A DNA stretch of 64,000 nt from Lama glama. Its lineage: Eukaryota. The notes beneath the pieces were generated by a model. That model did no database searches and had not been told where the DNA came from. It saw only the letters and a program-made list of their open reading frames with translations. Below, in pieces: positions 23,285-35,352 of the stretch. The stretch is from contig CM052818.1 of the NCBI GenBank assembly GCA_028534125.1, forward strand, positions 30,444,001 to 30,508,000, written 5' to 3'. Position numbers and translations under genes: made by a program. Every line of letters starts with the position of its first letter. Position 1 is the stretch's first letter.

Positions 23285-26200
23285 TTTTTTTTTTCAAATT
23301 GAGATATAATTGACAAGTAACATTGTTTGTTTAAGGTGTACAACAGGCTGATTTGATACATTCAAATATTGCAATATGATTATCACCATAATGTTAGCTA
23401 ACACCTCCATCACATTACATAATTATCTTTGTGTGTGTGTGTGTGTGTGTGATGAGAACATTTAAGCTCTAGCCTCTTAACAACTTTGAAGTATACAATA
23501 CAGCATTGTTGACTATAATCACAATGCTGTGCATTAGATCTCCAGAACTAATTTTCTAACTGCAAGTTTGTACCCTTTGACCAACATCTTCCCAATCCCC
23601 ACCCACTGCAGCCACTGTCAACCACTAACTTATTCTCTGTTTCTATGTGCTTGGCTTTTTAGCATTCCACATAAAAGTGGTATCATAATTATTTGTCTTT
23701 CTCTCTCTGGCTTATTTCACTTAGCATAATGCCCTCAAGGTCCATCCATGTTGTTGCAAGTGACAAGATTTCCTTCTGTCTCTTGGCTGAATATTTCATA
23801 TATATGTGAAATATATATATGAAATATAATTTCATACACACACACAAACACACACCCCACATCTTCTTTATCCATTGACGGGAACAGGTGTTTCCATGTG
23901 TTGGTTATTGTAAATAATGCTGCAATTAACATGGGTTGCAGATATCTTTTTAATACCTTGTTTTTATTTCCTTTGGATACCTAGAATTGGGATTGCTGCA
24001 TCTTATGTATTTTTAATTTCTTGAGGACCCTCCATACTATTTTCCATAATGGCTGAACCAGTTTACATTCCGAACAACAGTACACAAATATTACCTTTTC
24101 CAACCACATCCTCACCAACACTTGTTATCTCATCTTTCTGATGATAGCCATTCAAACAGGTGTGAGGTGATATCTCTTTGTAGTTTTGGTTGCATTTCTC
24201 TGATGATTAATGACATTGAGCATCTTTTCATGTATCTCTTGGCCATTTGTATGCCTTTGGAGAAATGTCTATTCAGTTCTGCCCATTTTTAAATTAGATT
24301 TTTTTTCTATTGAGTTGTATGAGTTCTATATATATTTTGGGTATTAGTCCCTTATCAGATATGTGATTTGCAAATATTTCCTCCCATTTAGTAGTTTGCC
24401 TTTTCATTTTGTTGGTGATTCCCTTTGCTGCACAGAAGCTTTTTAGTTTGATTTAGTCCCACTTTTTAATTTTTGCTTTTGTTGCCTTTGCTTTTGGAGT
24501 CAGATCCAAAAGTCATCACGAAGCCTGATGTCAAGGACCTTACAGACTGTTTTCTTCCAGGAGTTTATGGTTTCAGGTCTTATTTTAAGTCTTTAATCCA
24601 TTTTGAGCTAATTTTTGTGAGAGGCATAAGGACTCCAATTTCATTTTTCTACATGTGGTTGTCCAGTTACCTAGCACCATTTATTAAGAGACTGTCTTTT
24701 CCTCATTGAATATTCTTGGCTTCCCTGTTGGCTCCCAATATTAGTTGACCATATATGAAGGAGTTTATTTTTGGGTGTTTTATTCTGTTCCATTGGTCTA
24801 ATTTTTTTTGCCAGTACCATACTATTTTGATTACTATAGCTTTGTAGTATAGTTTGGAAGCAGGAAGTGTGATACCTCCAGCCTTGTTCTTCCTTCTCAA
24901 GATTAATTTGGCTATTAGGGTCTTTCATGGTTTCATATGAATTTTAGGATTTCTATTTCTGTAAAAAGTGTCATTGGAGTTTTGATAGAGATTGCATTGA
25001 ATCTATTGATTGCTTAGGGTAGTGTGAACATTTTAACAATATTAACTCTTGTGATCCATGAACTTGGGAGATACGTGTATACACCCCCCCCCATACATTT
25101 GTTCTACACCCTCTTTGTTGAGAGTTTTTATCATAAATGGATGTTGAATTTTTTAAAAACATATTTTTTATTGAGTTATAGTCATTTTACAATGTTGTGT
25201 CAAATTCCAGTGTACAGCACAATTTTTAAGTTATACACGAACATACATACATTCATTGTAACATTCTCTTTCACTGTGAGCCACTACAAGATCCTGTATA
25301 TATTTCCCTGTGCTACACAGTACAATCTTGTTTATCTATTCTATGTTTTGAAATCCCAGTCCCTTCCAACCTCCCGTCCCCCTGGCAACCTCAAGTTTGT
25401 ATTCTATGTCTATGAGTCTGTTTCTGCTTTGTATTTGTTTGCTTGCTTGCTTGCTTGCTTTCTCCCTTCCTTCCTTCCTTCCTTCCTCCCTCCCTCCCTC
25501 CCTCCCTCCCTCCCTTCCTTCCTTCCTTTCTTTCTTTTTCTGGTATGTGACTTTTTTAATGTATTGTTGAATTAGGTTTGCTAAATGTTTTGTTCAAGAT
25601 TTTTGCATCTATGTTCATCAGGGACATTGACCTGTGATTTTCTTTTGTTTTTGGCATCCTTGTCTGGTTTTGGTAACAGAGTAATGCTGGCCTTGTAAAA
25701 TTAGTTTGGAAGTGCTTCCTCCTCTTTTATTTTTTTAAGAGTTAAAGAATGATTGGTATTAAATTTTCTTTAAATGTTTGGTAGATTTCACCAGTGAAGC
25801 CATCTGGTCTTAGACTTTTGTGTTTTGGGAGGTTTTTGATTACTGATTCAAGCTCCTTACTAGTAATTTATCTATTTAGATATTCTATTTCTTCATGATT
25901 CAGTCTTGTAGGTTGTATGTTTCTAGGAATTTATCCATTTCCAATCTTGATGGAGTGGCCTTGTGTATATTAACCTTATTGTTCAGTCCTGCCCAAGCTC
26001 CTTATTGTCCCTCAAACCTTTGTAATTATCCATTTTGCCTGTTTTATTTTAGTAGATCTCAGTTGAGGGTGTGCCAAAACCTGTCAGTGTCCTAAAGGGA
26101 AGATTCTCAGTCAACACCTAGATGCAGGCTGATTGAAAGCCAGACCTCAGCAGCTTTTAAAGTTTGCAAATATGCGTAGTCCTGTGGACAAGTATAAGTC

Positions 26201-26462
26201 TTGCTGGCCACCAGAGCCAGATGATAAAAAGATGTCTCTTGGCCTGCAGTCATAAAAATCAGGGTGCCAGTTCATTGAACAGATTCCTTTCCAGGTGATA
26301 CCAGCAACATGCTCAGTGTGGGTTTTTTCTGTTTCCCTGATGTGTAGGTATTGCTTAGCTAGTTTATAGTGGGATTTTTTCTATATGTAACTGTAGATTC
26401 AGTGTGTCTATGGGAAGACGTGAGTTCAAGGTCTTCGTACATCACTGTCTTGAACCCAAACT
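23285..26462 (-). mobile_element. L1MA9-like element: 3'UTR, ORF2 with internal deletions, fused to a 5'UTR block (25945-26462)
   Basis: ORF-track 24703-24900 ([19 protein letters not shown]) and 23735-23932 are ORF2 motifs. The 5'UTR block is homologous to 13095-14465. A (TG)n tract lies at ~23430-23451. Confidence 0.85.
25160..25540 (-). mobile_element. Nested young L1 3'UTR fragment plus (TTGC)n/(TTCC)n/(TCCC)n microsatellite
   Basis: ttattgagttatagtcattttacaatgttgtgtcaaattccagtgt...gtctatgagtctgtttctg, same family as 37346 and 47489. Confidence 0.9.
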
Positions 26463-26465
26463 GCC

Positions 26466-26850
26466 TATAATCCTTTTAATTGCTGTAGAATTGGTATTAA
26501 TGTCCCAACTTTTTTTAAAGTAATTTGAGTCTTTTTTCTTTATCTTAGTCCATGCAGCTAAAGATTTATCAATTTTATTGATATTTTTGAAAAAACAATT
26601 TTTGTTTTTATTGATTTTATGTTATCTTTCTAGTCTCAGTTTTCTTTATCTCTGCTCTAATCTATTATTTCCTTCCTTCTGCAAGCTTTGGGTTTTGTGT
26701 GTTCTTGAATTTGTGAAGTTAGCTTGTTGATTAGAGATCTCTCGATTTTAATGTAAATGATTGTAGCTTTAAATATCCCCCTTAGCGCCACTTTTGATGT
26801 ATCTCTTAAGTTTTGATATATTATGTTTTTGTTTTCACTTGTCTCTTAAT
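26466..26850 (-). mobile_element. L1 ORF2 fragment
   Basis: tataatccttttaattgctgtag...gctaaagatttatcaattttattgat...ctgctctaatctattatttccttccttctgc. Confidence 0.8.
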
Positions 26851-28315
26851 TATTTTTAACTAATGTTAATTTGCATGATCTCCTTTTTGTGGCTGCATTT
26901 ACAAAAATCTCTTGGGCAAGGACAAGACCAGACTTCTATAAGCAACAAAGATTACCTCCATTACTTATCTCCTAGTTTAAAATTTCCCACTGAGAAAACT
27001 TTGTTAAAGAAAGGAATGATGACTTAGAAGCATTGTATTTCAGGGCTGAAATTGGAAAGCTGTTCCAGCTTTTTTTGCAGGATAAGTATGAGTCTAGGGC
27101 TACCTCACTGTATTGTTATTTCTGCCCTTTCAATATCCACTCACTCTTCTTTCAGCTCAGCCATGAGTTATGTATATTCCAGCATTTAAAAAATGTACTG
27201 TACAAAGATGAATTTTACTGACCTTTGTTGATACCATAGGGCTGGAAACAGAACTCAACTGATAAGTATTTAACATTTCACCATTAGTTTTATTCAGTTT
27301 ATTTTTAGCTTTTCACTTTACTCATATTCACCATACTTTATAGATTGTACAAGAACGCATAGTTGGATATCTGTTTATTATCTATCAAGATAGCTATCTA
27401 TCTGTTTATCTATCATCTTTTGTAAGCTCTTGATTATCTTCTATTAATAAATAAAAATGTGTTAAAATATTCATAGACTCATAAACTAACATGTATCATC
27501 TTTTAGCCTTAATAATCCCATAGACACTGCTTTATTCAAATTAAAATGTTATACTTCATATTCACTTATCTAGTCTTATTTTCTTTTCAACACAAATGAT
27601 AAAAGCACATTCTTTTGTTAGCAATTTTTAAGTTTTAAGACAAATCTAAAATCTAACGGCTAGAAATTTATAGAAATAGGGCAATATTTCTATGTAGCTC
27701 ATTGGAATATTTCATAAGCAGATTTCACCGTATACCTCACCTGTTTTGTTCTGTTTGTTATGAAATAAATTAATTTTAAAGGCTCACAAAAATGTAAATA
27801 AATAAAGACCTCATTCAACTGTTCTTAACCTTTAATATTCAAATAACAAAATCTGGCAGCAGAAGAAATGGGAAGGACTTCTGTCTCATCATCAATTCTC
27901 TTCCTTTCCCAGCCAGTGATCTCAAAGCTCCAGAGGAAATGAAAAATAGTTCTTATTCTCAAAAAGGCAAGGTATCCTTAGTTCATCCAATTATTTGGCA
28001 CAAGACTGGAATCAGTAAGTTGCTGAAATAAGTCAAGAGGTAAGGTTTTAATCCCCCTAATAGAAAATTGTGTTGTCCAGAATTTTCATGCTTCATAAAT
28101 CTTTTAAAGTGAGAAGAGGAGTGGTGGAGATTAATGGCGTGAATTCTAGCTCCTCAACTCTAGTAATTAAACAATTTTGTTTTACATATTTTGAGCTGTA
28201 ATTGACTTTTGTGCTATTTTGATTTGTAAATGCTCTGGAAAGGAAATAGGTAATTTCAAAACATTTAACTTTTTAAGATGTAAAAGCTAGCTTACTTACT
28301 GACAAGCTGGTTCTT

Positions 28316-28404
28316 CTTTTTCCTCCTTAATGGAGGCACTAGGGATTGAACCCAAGACCTTGTGCACACCAAGCAAACACTCTATCACTGAGCTACCCCC
28401 CTCC
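28316..28404 (-). mobile_element. tRNA-derived camelid SINE (Vic-1 type), more diverged copy
   Basis: ttaatggaggcactagggattgaacccaagaccttgtgcacacc...actctatcactgagctaccccc, homologous to 4306-4415. Confidence 0.85.
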
Positions 28405-28721
28405 TTCCTGATTAGTTCTTGATATGGGGAATAAATGTTCTCAAAATATTAGATATGATTTACTTTTATATTTCCTAATCAGTGCTTCTATATTAGGGCT
28501 TACATATGAGAGCTATAGCTAATTTCTTTTTGATCTTTTGAGTTGGCATTCTTTATTTGGCTTTGTGAAAACAATCCACAGCTAGGTCAGTATCATTTGA
28601 CAATCTCTTTCCTGTAAGAGGAGCATCTCATTTGTGTAGCACTTTATGAAGAGCTTTTACATACCGTTTGATTTTTACAACTCTATGAGCTAGATATGAA
28701 ACGTATTATTCACTAATTCAG

Positions 28722-29130
28722 TATGTTCATTCAACAAGTTTTTATTAATGCCCTACTCCGCAAAAGGCATTGAGGATATGTAGTGAACCAAATAAAGACC
28801 CCATTCTCATAGAGCTTATGTACTAGTGGGGAGAGAGAGAGACACTAAACAAATAAATATAGATTTATGCCTATTCTTGTGCAGAAAGTTAAGCAGGGTA
28901 AAAGGAACAATGAAATATGGAAAATGTCTATGAATGCTACTTTATAAGGAGTGATCGTGAAAAATCTCTCTGATGAGATGACATTTGAGCAAAGGATTCC
29001 AGAGGAAGAATATTCCAGGCAGAGGAAGCAGTAAGTATAAAGTCCTGAGGAGGGACTGTTTCTTGGTGGGTTCAAGAACTATAATAAAAAGAATTACAGG
29101 AGAGGAGATGAGACTAGAGTGAAGCAAGCA
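28722..29130 (-). mobile_element. L2 3' fragment
   Basis: ttcattcaacaagtttttattaatgccctact...ctcatagagcttat...ctctctgatgagatgacatttgagc...attccaggcagagg. Confidence 0.8.
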
Positions 29131-29139
29131 ATGGAAGAA

Positions 29140-30052
29140 CGGTGAGATGCTACTACATACCTATCAGAATGTCTAAAATTAAAAAGATTGACCATATCAA
29201 GTGTTGGAGAGGATGTGGAGAAACTGGAACTCTTAAGTGTTGCTGGTGGGAATGTAAAATTGTACAATCACTTTGGAAACGATTTGGCAGTAAACATGTT
29301 AGCATAGATTAACAACATGATCCAGCCATTCCACTCTAAGATAATTAAGCCAAGAGAAAAGGAAATACATGTCCATATACGGATTTGTACACAGATGTTC
29401 AAAACAGCTTTATTTATGGTCCCAAGTAGTAAGCAACCCAAATTTCCATCAATAGGTAAATGGTTAAACAAATGATAGCAAATCTATATGATGCAATACT
29501 TCTCAGCAGTAAAAAGGAATGAACTTTGGATGCAGTCAGCAACAAGGATGACTCCTTAATTATGCTGAGTGAAAGAAACCAATCCCCCAAAAATGTATAC
29601 TGTAAGATTCCACTCATATAGCACTCTAGAAAATGAAAACAGGTCTGTTGTCCCAGAAATCAGGTTAGTTTGGAGACGGGAGGGACAGATAAGGGTGGAA
29701 GAGCAGAGTAGAGTGGGAAAGGAATGGATTGTGAAGGGGCATGATGGTGCTCCCTTCGGCAGCACGTGTACTAAAATTGGAGTGATACAGAGATTAGCAT
29801 GGCCCCTACACAAGGCTGACACAAATTTGTGAAGCGTTCCATGTTTTTAAAATCAACTATACTTCAATAAAAACAACAACAAACCCAAAGGGACATGAGG
29901 AAGCTTTGTGGTGATCCATATGTTTGCTGTCCTGATTGCAGTGATGGTTTATGGGTGTATACATACGACAAAACTTATGAAATTGTGCTCCTAAAATATG
30001 TGCAATTTATTTTCTATCGATTATATCTCAGTAAAACTTTTTTTTTTAAAAA
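29140..30052 (+). mobile_element. Old L1 3' end (L1MD/L1MC-like), host of the U6 insertion
   Basis: gtgttggagaggatgtggagaaactggaactct...gctggtgggaatgtaaaat...ttatgctgagtgaaagaaacc...ttatatctcagtaaa. Confidence 0.88.
29747..29848 (+). pseudogene. RNU6: Full-length U6 snRNA retropseudogene fused to an L1 3' tail (29849-29887)
   Basis: gtgctcccttcggcagcacgtgtactaaaattggagtgatacagagattagcatggcccctacacaaggctgacacaaatttgtgaagcgttccatgttttt aligns end to end with U6, with several substitutions and small deletions. TSD aaggggcatgatg (29734-29746) / aagggacatgagg (29888-29900). Confidence 0.96.
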
Positions 30053-31369
30053 AGGTGGTTCCAACATCCATATGAGTGTTTGAGGTATAAGTGGGTTTTT
30101 CAGGTGGGCATGCCCACTTTGGGGTTGGAAAAAGGGATCTAGAATGTGGGTGGGAAGCTGGGGAGACAGATTTTGAGTGAATTGTCCCTTCCTCTCTCTT
30201 CCTCCTTCCCTTTACTTTTTTCCTTACCCCCTTCATCTGTCCACCATTAAGATCTGATGTTGTAAATACTCTTTTACAGAGTTTATAGTTGAAGATATGA
30301 GAAAGGCTCGTTGCATCAAGGAATGGAAACAAAGAAAGCTTACTGAGGAAATAAACTTGAGAAACACTTGGGGGATGTTTGAAGAGGATACTGAAAAATA
30401 AGAGAAACCAGTATGATCATAAGAATGGTGGGCACATAGGAAAAGAATTAATAGAAGGGAATGGCTGAAGGGAATGGGTGGACTACACTTTTTTGCTTAG
30501 CATTTTCTATTTCTGTGAATGTTGATCTGTCTTTCCAGTGCTCAAGAACATCTCCACTGGGATAAAGAACAAACCAACCAACCACAGGGACTATGCTAGT
30601 TAATGTTCTGTTGTTTCTGGTGGAGTAATATGTTGTTAAAAAACAATAAAAGCACAAAACTAAACCTTAGTAAGACCGGTATCCTTAGCAGACAGGAGTC
30701 ATTTCACATGTAAAACTTCAGCTGGCTCAACAGAGCAAACAATATTTGATTTTAACCTGCATCTTCTGTTTTTATAATTCAGACCACATGCAATGCTGAG
30801 AGTCTTCAGAGAGGCATAGTAATTTATCCCCTGATGTTTGGCACAGGGTGAACAACATTTTTAATTTTGTGGAACAAGTGTAGGAAAAAGGTATATAGAA
30901 ACATATATAGCAATTCTTTGAGATGCTTTTTAGCCTTTCCTGCTGCTGCTTCCTGCAAAGTCCTGGTGATAATTTCTAAAAGCTGCTCAGTTCTTGGATT
31001 CATATTGTACAAGTGTGCCAAAGAGAAATTAGTCAATTACTTCAGAGAAATAACATGCACTTGTAGAAAGCACTCAGTAGGGTTAGAATTCTACTTTGTT
31101 GTATTCTTTACATTTCCTACAGCAATAAAGAAATGGTTATTGAAATTTTAAAACTTTCCAGGGAAGATTTAATATTAAGGTCAATTGAAGTATCTTATCC
31201 AAAGTCTTTAGAGAGAAGTGGGTTGGATTTTATACCTGTGGCTTAAGTTTACAGTGTTCAGGGAGGAACCAGAACCAAAGAAAAAGAAATCAACTGACCA
31301 AACAAAACTGCAAACTCACAAAAATAAAAACGCTTTATAAACCAAATACAGCATTCTATGATGACTGGT

Positions 31370-31570
31370 TTGTAGAATGTCAGACAGCCCTGTGCTCCAA
31401 TCTCTGGTGTGACTGATTAGCTGTGTGGCTTTGGGCGGATTGGCAGTCTCTCTGAGCCTCTGTTCTTCTGTAAGAGGGACCATAATACCTGCCTTACCTA
31501 CAGAGATGTGGTGAGGAGTGAGGGAGGGGATCTCTGGGACAGTGCATGGACAGATTTTCCATAAATGACC
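31370..31570 (+). mobile_element. MIR SINE
   Basis: attagctgtgtggctttgggc...tctctctgagcctctgttcttctgtaagagggaccataatacctgcctt. Confidence 0.75.
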
Positions 31571-32129
31571 ATTTAGTCCCTCCCCTCTGTTTTTTCCTCA
31601 GAGAGTAAACAGGGCTGACAGTTTAGGGTGCAGACAGTCTCACTTTCTTTGCCACTTCTGCCCCTGTACCCTCTTCTGGTGTGAGAATGAGAAGGTTTCT
31701 CTTCTTCTGGTGGACAGGTTTGGGTAGGGGAAGCCAGGAAAGTGACCTGCCTGGCTTTCTCCCTGCTGTCCTATGTCCTTGGCCATGTTCCACCAGGCTG
31801 TGGCCTCAGTGCTCTGGCTAAGTAAGACCCTAGTTTTGAGTCATCATGACTGAGAGATAGGACGTAAAGTGGCAAGCTTTGTGGGGAGCTCAGAACTGGT
31901 TCAGATTCTCCTGAACTGCCCTGCAGAGGGCACCAGGCTTGGTTCAGACACGCCTCCTCTACACCGCAGTCAGGCTTGTCTGTTACCCTTCCAGATGTCC
32001 TGCACTCTAGCGGCGGAATGGAGAGAAGTCTTATTCCAGAGAGGAGGCGTTTATGTGCTGGCTCTCAGTTTTTGTTTTGTCTTTAAGCTTCATGTTTTCT
32101 TATTCAGGAGGGATTTAAATTTGCTTACA

Positions 32130-32310
32130 ATAATAATCACCATCTATTATGTGCTACATGCTTTATATCCATTAACTCATTGAATTCTCACAACAACCCT
32201 GCAAGATAGATATTAGTCCTAATTTACAGATGAGAAAACTGAGGCTTCAGCATGTATTAGGACTTGCACAAAGCCCCATAGTTAGCAACAGTAGTATTAG
32301 AGCCCAGATA
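32130..32310 (-). mobile_element. MIR SINE
   Basis: ctcattgaattctcacaacaaccctgcaagatag...tttacagatgagaaaactgaggct. Confidence 0.85.
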
Positions 32311-33609
32311 TGTTTTATGTAAGAACTGTTAAACATTTCATCTCTCAGTCATATTTACCTGCTTCTCCACCTACGTCACCTCACCTCCAAAACCCGAAAA
32401 AGCATCCTGGCCTGAGACAAGTACTAATCTATAGGATTTATTTGCCATGTAAATACCGAGATGTGATCTCTCTCTCTAATTGTCTCACCTCTAGGATGTC
32501 ATTGTAGAGAGTTTGCCAGCTGGGAAAAGATGCAAAGGACCCCACGGTATCAGTGAATATCGTGTGTCCTCATAAAACCATTGCTTTCAAAACAGCTTTG
32601 TTTTACCGAGAGAATTAAATAACCAAAAATTGAGGCTAATTTTTGCAGCTGAGCGAATGGAGGTGCATTAATTATTTGTGAACCTTATTCTGAAGTGGTC
32701 CTCAGTTCTAAAATTCCAAAGGAAGCAAGTAGAGTACAGTGTGCAATGTTCTCTGAGCAGATGATCTGGTCTTCTCAAGTCAGGAGTTCTCCTTGGGAGC
32801 AGTTATGATACTGAATTGTTTTATGGTTTTACTCTTTAAAAGCCCACAGAGCGGAACAAGCTGGCCTGTCTCTGAGCACCAGGGCTAGATCGAGAGTGCA
32901 TTGACTGTTTTTTTCCTAGCAAAACAAGGATAAACAATATTTTCTGTACAACTGAAAAATAATTATCAGTGAGCAATAGTCTGAGAAACAGGGTAAGAAG
33001 AAGGACAATTGTGGATTTTATAAGAATCGAACTTTAATTCAGAATTTGAGTTGAATCTATTTTAACTTTTATTCACCTAAAGGCCTAGGCCCAGGTCTAG
33101 AATAATTACTATGATATTCCATGAAAGACTTTAATATGTTTTCTGCATTTTAAACTGAGTGATTGGTGCAGTAGGATTCTCTTTCCAGTCTGAATGGACT
33201 TAGCAGCATAGATGGACATGCAGTGTGTACAAAGCTATTAGCATCACTCAGAAATAAGTTTAGGTCTCACAGAAACAAATATAAATCTTATATAATAAAG
33301 GGTTTGGGCCTTACGGTCACTTTAAAATTTCAGACGGTGTTCAATATGACAAACTTTTATTGCCTTAGAATTTATTTGTTGTTCTAGGCATTCAAAGCAC
33401 CTTATTTATTCTAAGAGACAGAATCAGTTTTATGATGGCAATTAACACTTCAACAGATGAGAAAATTGATGCCTGATGTGATCTCTTCCACCCAGCTAGA
33501 GCTAGGAGTTTAATCTGTGACTATCAAGTGACCTGACTCTGTTGCAGCTGCAGACCAGGGACCACAGGCTTTAGGGCTGGATTCTGCTATTTTGGCCCTC
33601 GGAAAATTA

Positions 33610-33773
33610 TTAGCAATTCGTAAAGTTTAATGTGCATACCAATGACTTGGGGGTCTTTTTGAAATGCAGATTCTGCATCAGTTGATCTATGGTGAAGCCT
33701 GAGGTTCTGCAGTTCTAACAAGCTCACAGGTGATGCTGATGCTGGTGGTCTCATGACCAAGCTTTGAGCGGCA
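33610..33773. mobile_element. MER5A/MER5B-like hAT DNA transposon
   Basis: gaaatgcagattctgcatcagttgatct...ctgcagttctaacaagctcacaggtgatgctgatgctg...ctttgag. Confidence 0.8.
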
Positions 33774-34302
33774 GAAAATTAATTGAACCTTATTTTTCAC
33801 TGGCGTAAAATAGGAATGGAAATTACTACTTGGGAAGATTGTTAGGAAACCAAATGAATCAATGAGGTGAAGCATCTGACAGCTAGGAGGATCACCACAA
33901 GTATAAATGTCCTCTTCTTCACTTTCCCTATTTTGTTCCTATCCAGATCAACAAAAGACTTCAACTCTTTAAGTTTCCTCAGCCCTGGTTTTCACTGGGT
34001 TCACTTCCATATTAGTGTGGCTTAATCAGGTTCATGGCAGAAAGACATTTATGAATAGTTAAGAGTCCACCTTTGTTCTCTCTCCCCAAGTCAGTGTTTA
34101 GTGTGACATCCAAAGTTACTTGGAAGATCTATGCCAAATGTGAATGCTCAGAATTGAATTGATAAGCAATTTGTCCAAACTGGCTCTAAACTTTTACTTA
34201 ACCATTAACAAAAAATGATTATTTGGATCACAAAACAAAACCTAATTATATTCTTACAAGACACATTTTTAAAGTAAATTACTTAAAAATGGTTAGAAAT
34301 AA

Positions 34303-34355
34303 CCTGAAACTAACATTGTAAATTGACTACACTTCAATAAAAAATGAGAATTTTA
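34303..34355 (+). mobile_element. Ultra-short L1 3' tail insertion
   Basis: cctgaaactaacattgtaaattgactacacttcaataaaaaa flanked by aaaaatggtta(g/t)aaat(a/g)a at 34285-34302 and 34356-34373. Confidence 0.85.
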
Positions 34356-34993
34356 AAAAATGGTTATAAATGAAAGAATGGGCAAAAGTAGACCAGACAA
34401 TTCAAACATAAACAACATGAGAGTTCTAATTTTAATATCGAACAATTCAATTCACAACCTTCCAGAAAGCAGAAGAGGAGGGAACACTTCCCAACCCATC
34501 CTCTAAAAGTAATTTTAACCTGATACCAAAACCAAAGACATTGCAAGAAAAGAAAACTAAAGGCCAGTCCCTTGTGAGTGTAGATGCAAAAATCATTCTC
34601 AACAAAATACTAGTGAACTTAATCTATCAACATATAAAAAGAATTACACATCTTAAATGGGACTTATCCCATGAATGCAAAAGTGGTTTAACATTTGAAA
34701 GTCAATTAATATGAAATACCACATTAATTTTTTTTGAAAAGGGATGAAATCCCTTGATCAATGCAGGAAAAGTATTGGATAAAGTCCAGTTCTTCTCAGG
34801 ATAAAAATACTTAAAACTATGAACAGAAGAGGAGACCCTCAACTTGATAAGAAACATCTATGGAAACCTATGGCTGATGTCATACTTAATGGTGAAGGAG
34901 TGAAGGCTTTCCCTCTGAGATCAGGGACAAGACAAAGATGTCACTCTCGCCACTTCTATTCAACACTGTACTAGAGATTTGAGCTAAGGACAA

Positions 34994-35352
34994 TGTCTTA
35001 GTCCATTCAGGCTGCTATTACAGGATATCATAGACTAGGTGGCTTATAAATAACAGAAATTAATTTCTCATAGTTCTGAAGGCTAAGTCCATGATCAAGG
35101 CACTGGCAGTTCCATGCCTGGTGAGAGCCCACTTCTTATAGACAGCAGTCTTTTTGCTGTGTCCTCACATAGCAGCAGGGGCAAGGGACCTCTCTCAGGC
35201 CTCTTTCATAAGGGCACTAATCCAATTTGTGAGAACTCTGCCTTCATGACTTAATTATCTCCCAAATGGCCCAACTCCTAATACCATCAACTTGGAGGTT
35301 ATAATTTCAATATACAAATATCGGGGTGGAGCACAAATATTCAATCTATAAA
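34994..35352 (-). mobile_element. MLT1A-like MaLR solo LTR
   Basis: tgtcttagtccattcaggctgcta...gcttataaataacagaaatt...ataagggcactaatcc...ctaataccatcaacttgg. Confidence 0.9.

Noticed and set aside
25024..25575. 183-aa ORF
   Set aside because: Antisense read-through of L1 pieces and a microsatellite.
29747..29848. Functional U6 gene
   Set aside because: Substitutions, a deletion next to the ACAGAGA box, no recognisable upstream PSE/TATA, TSD and L1 tail.
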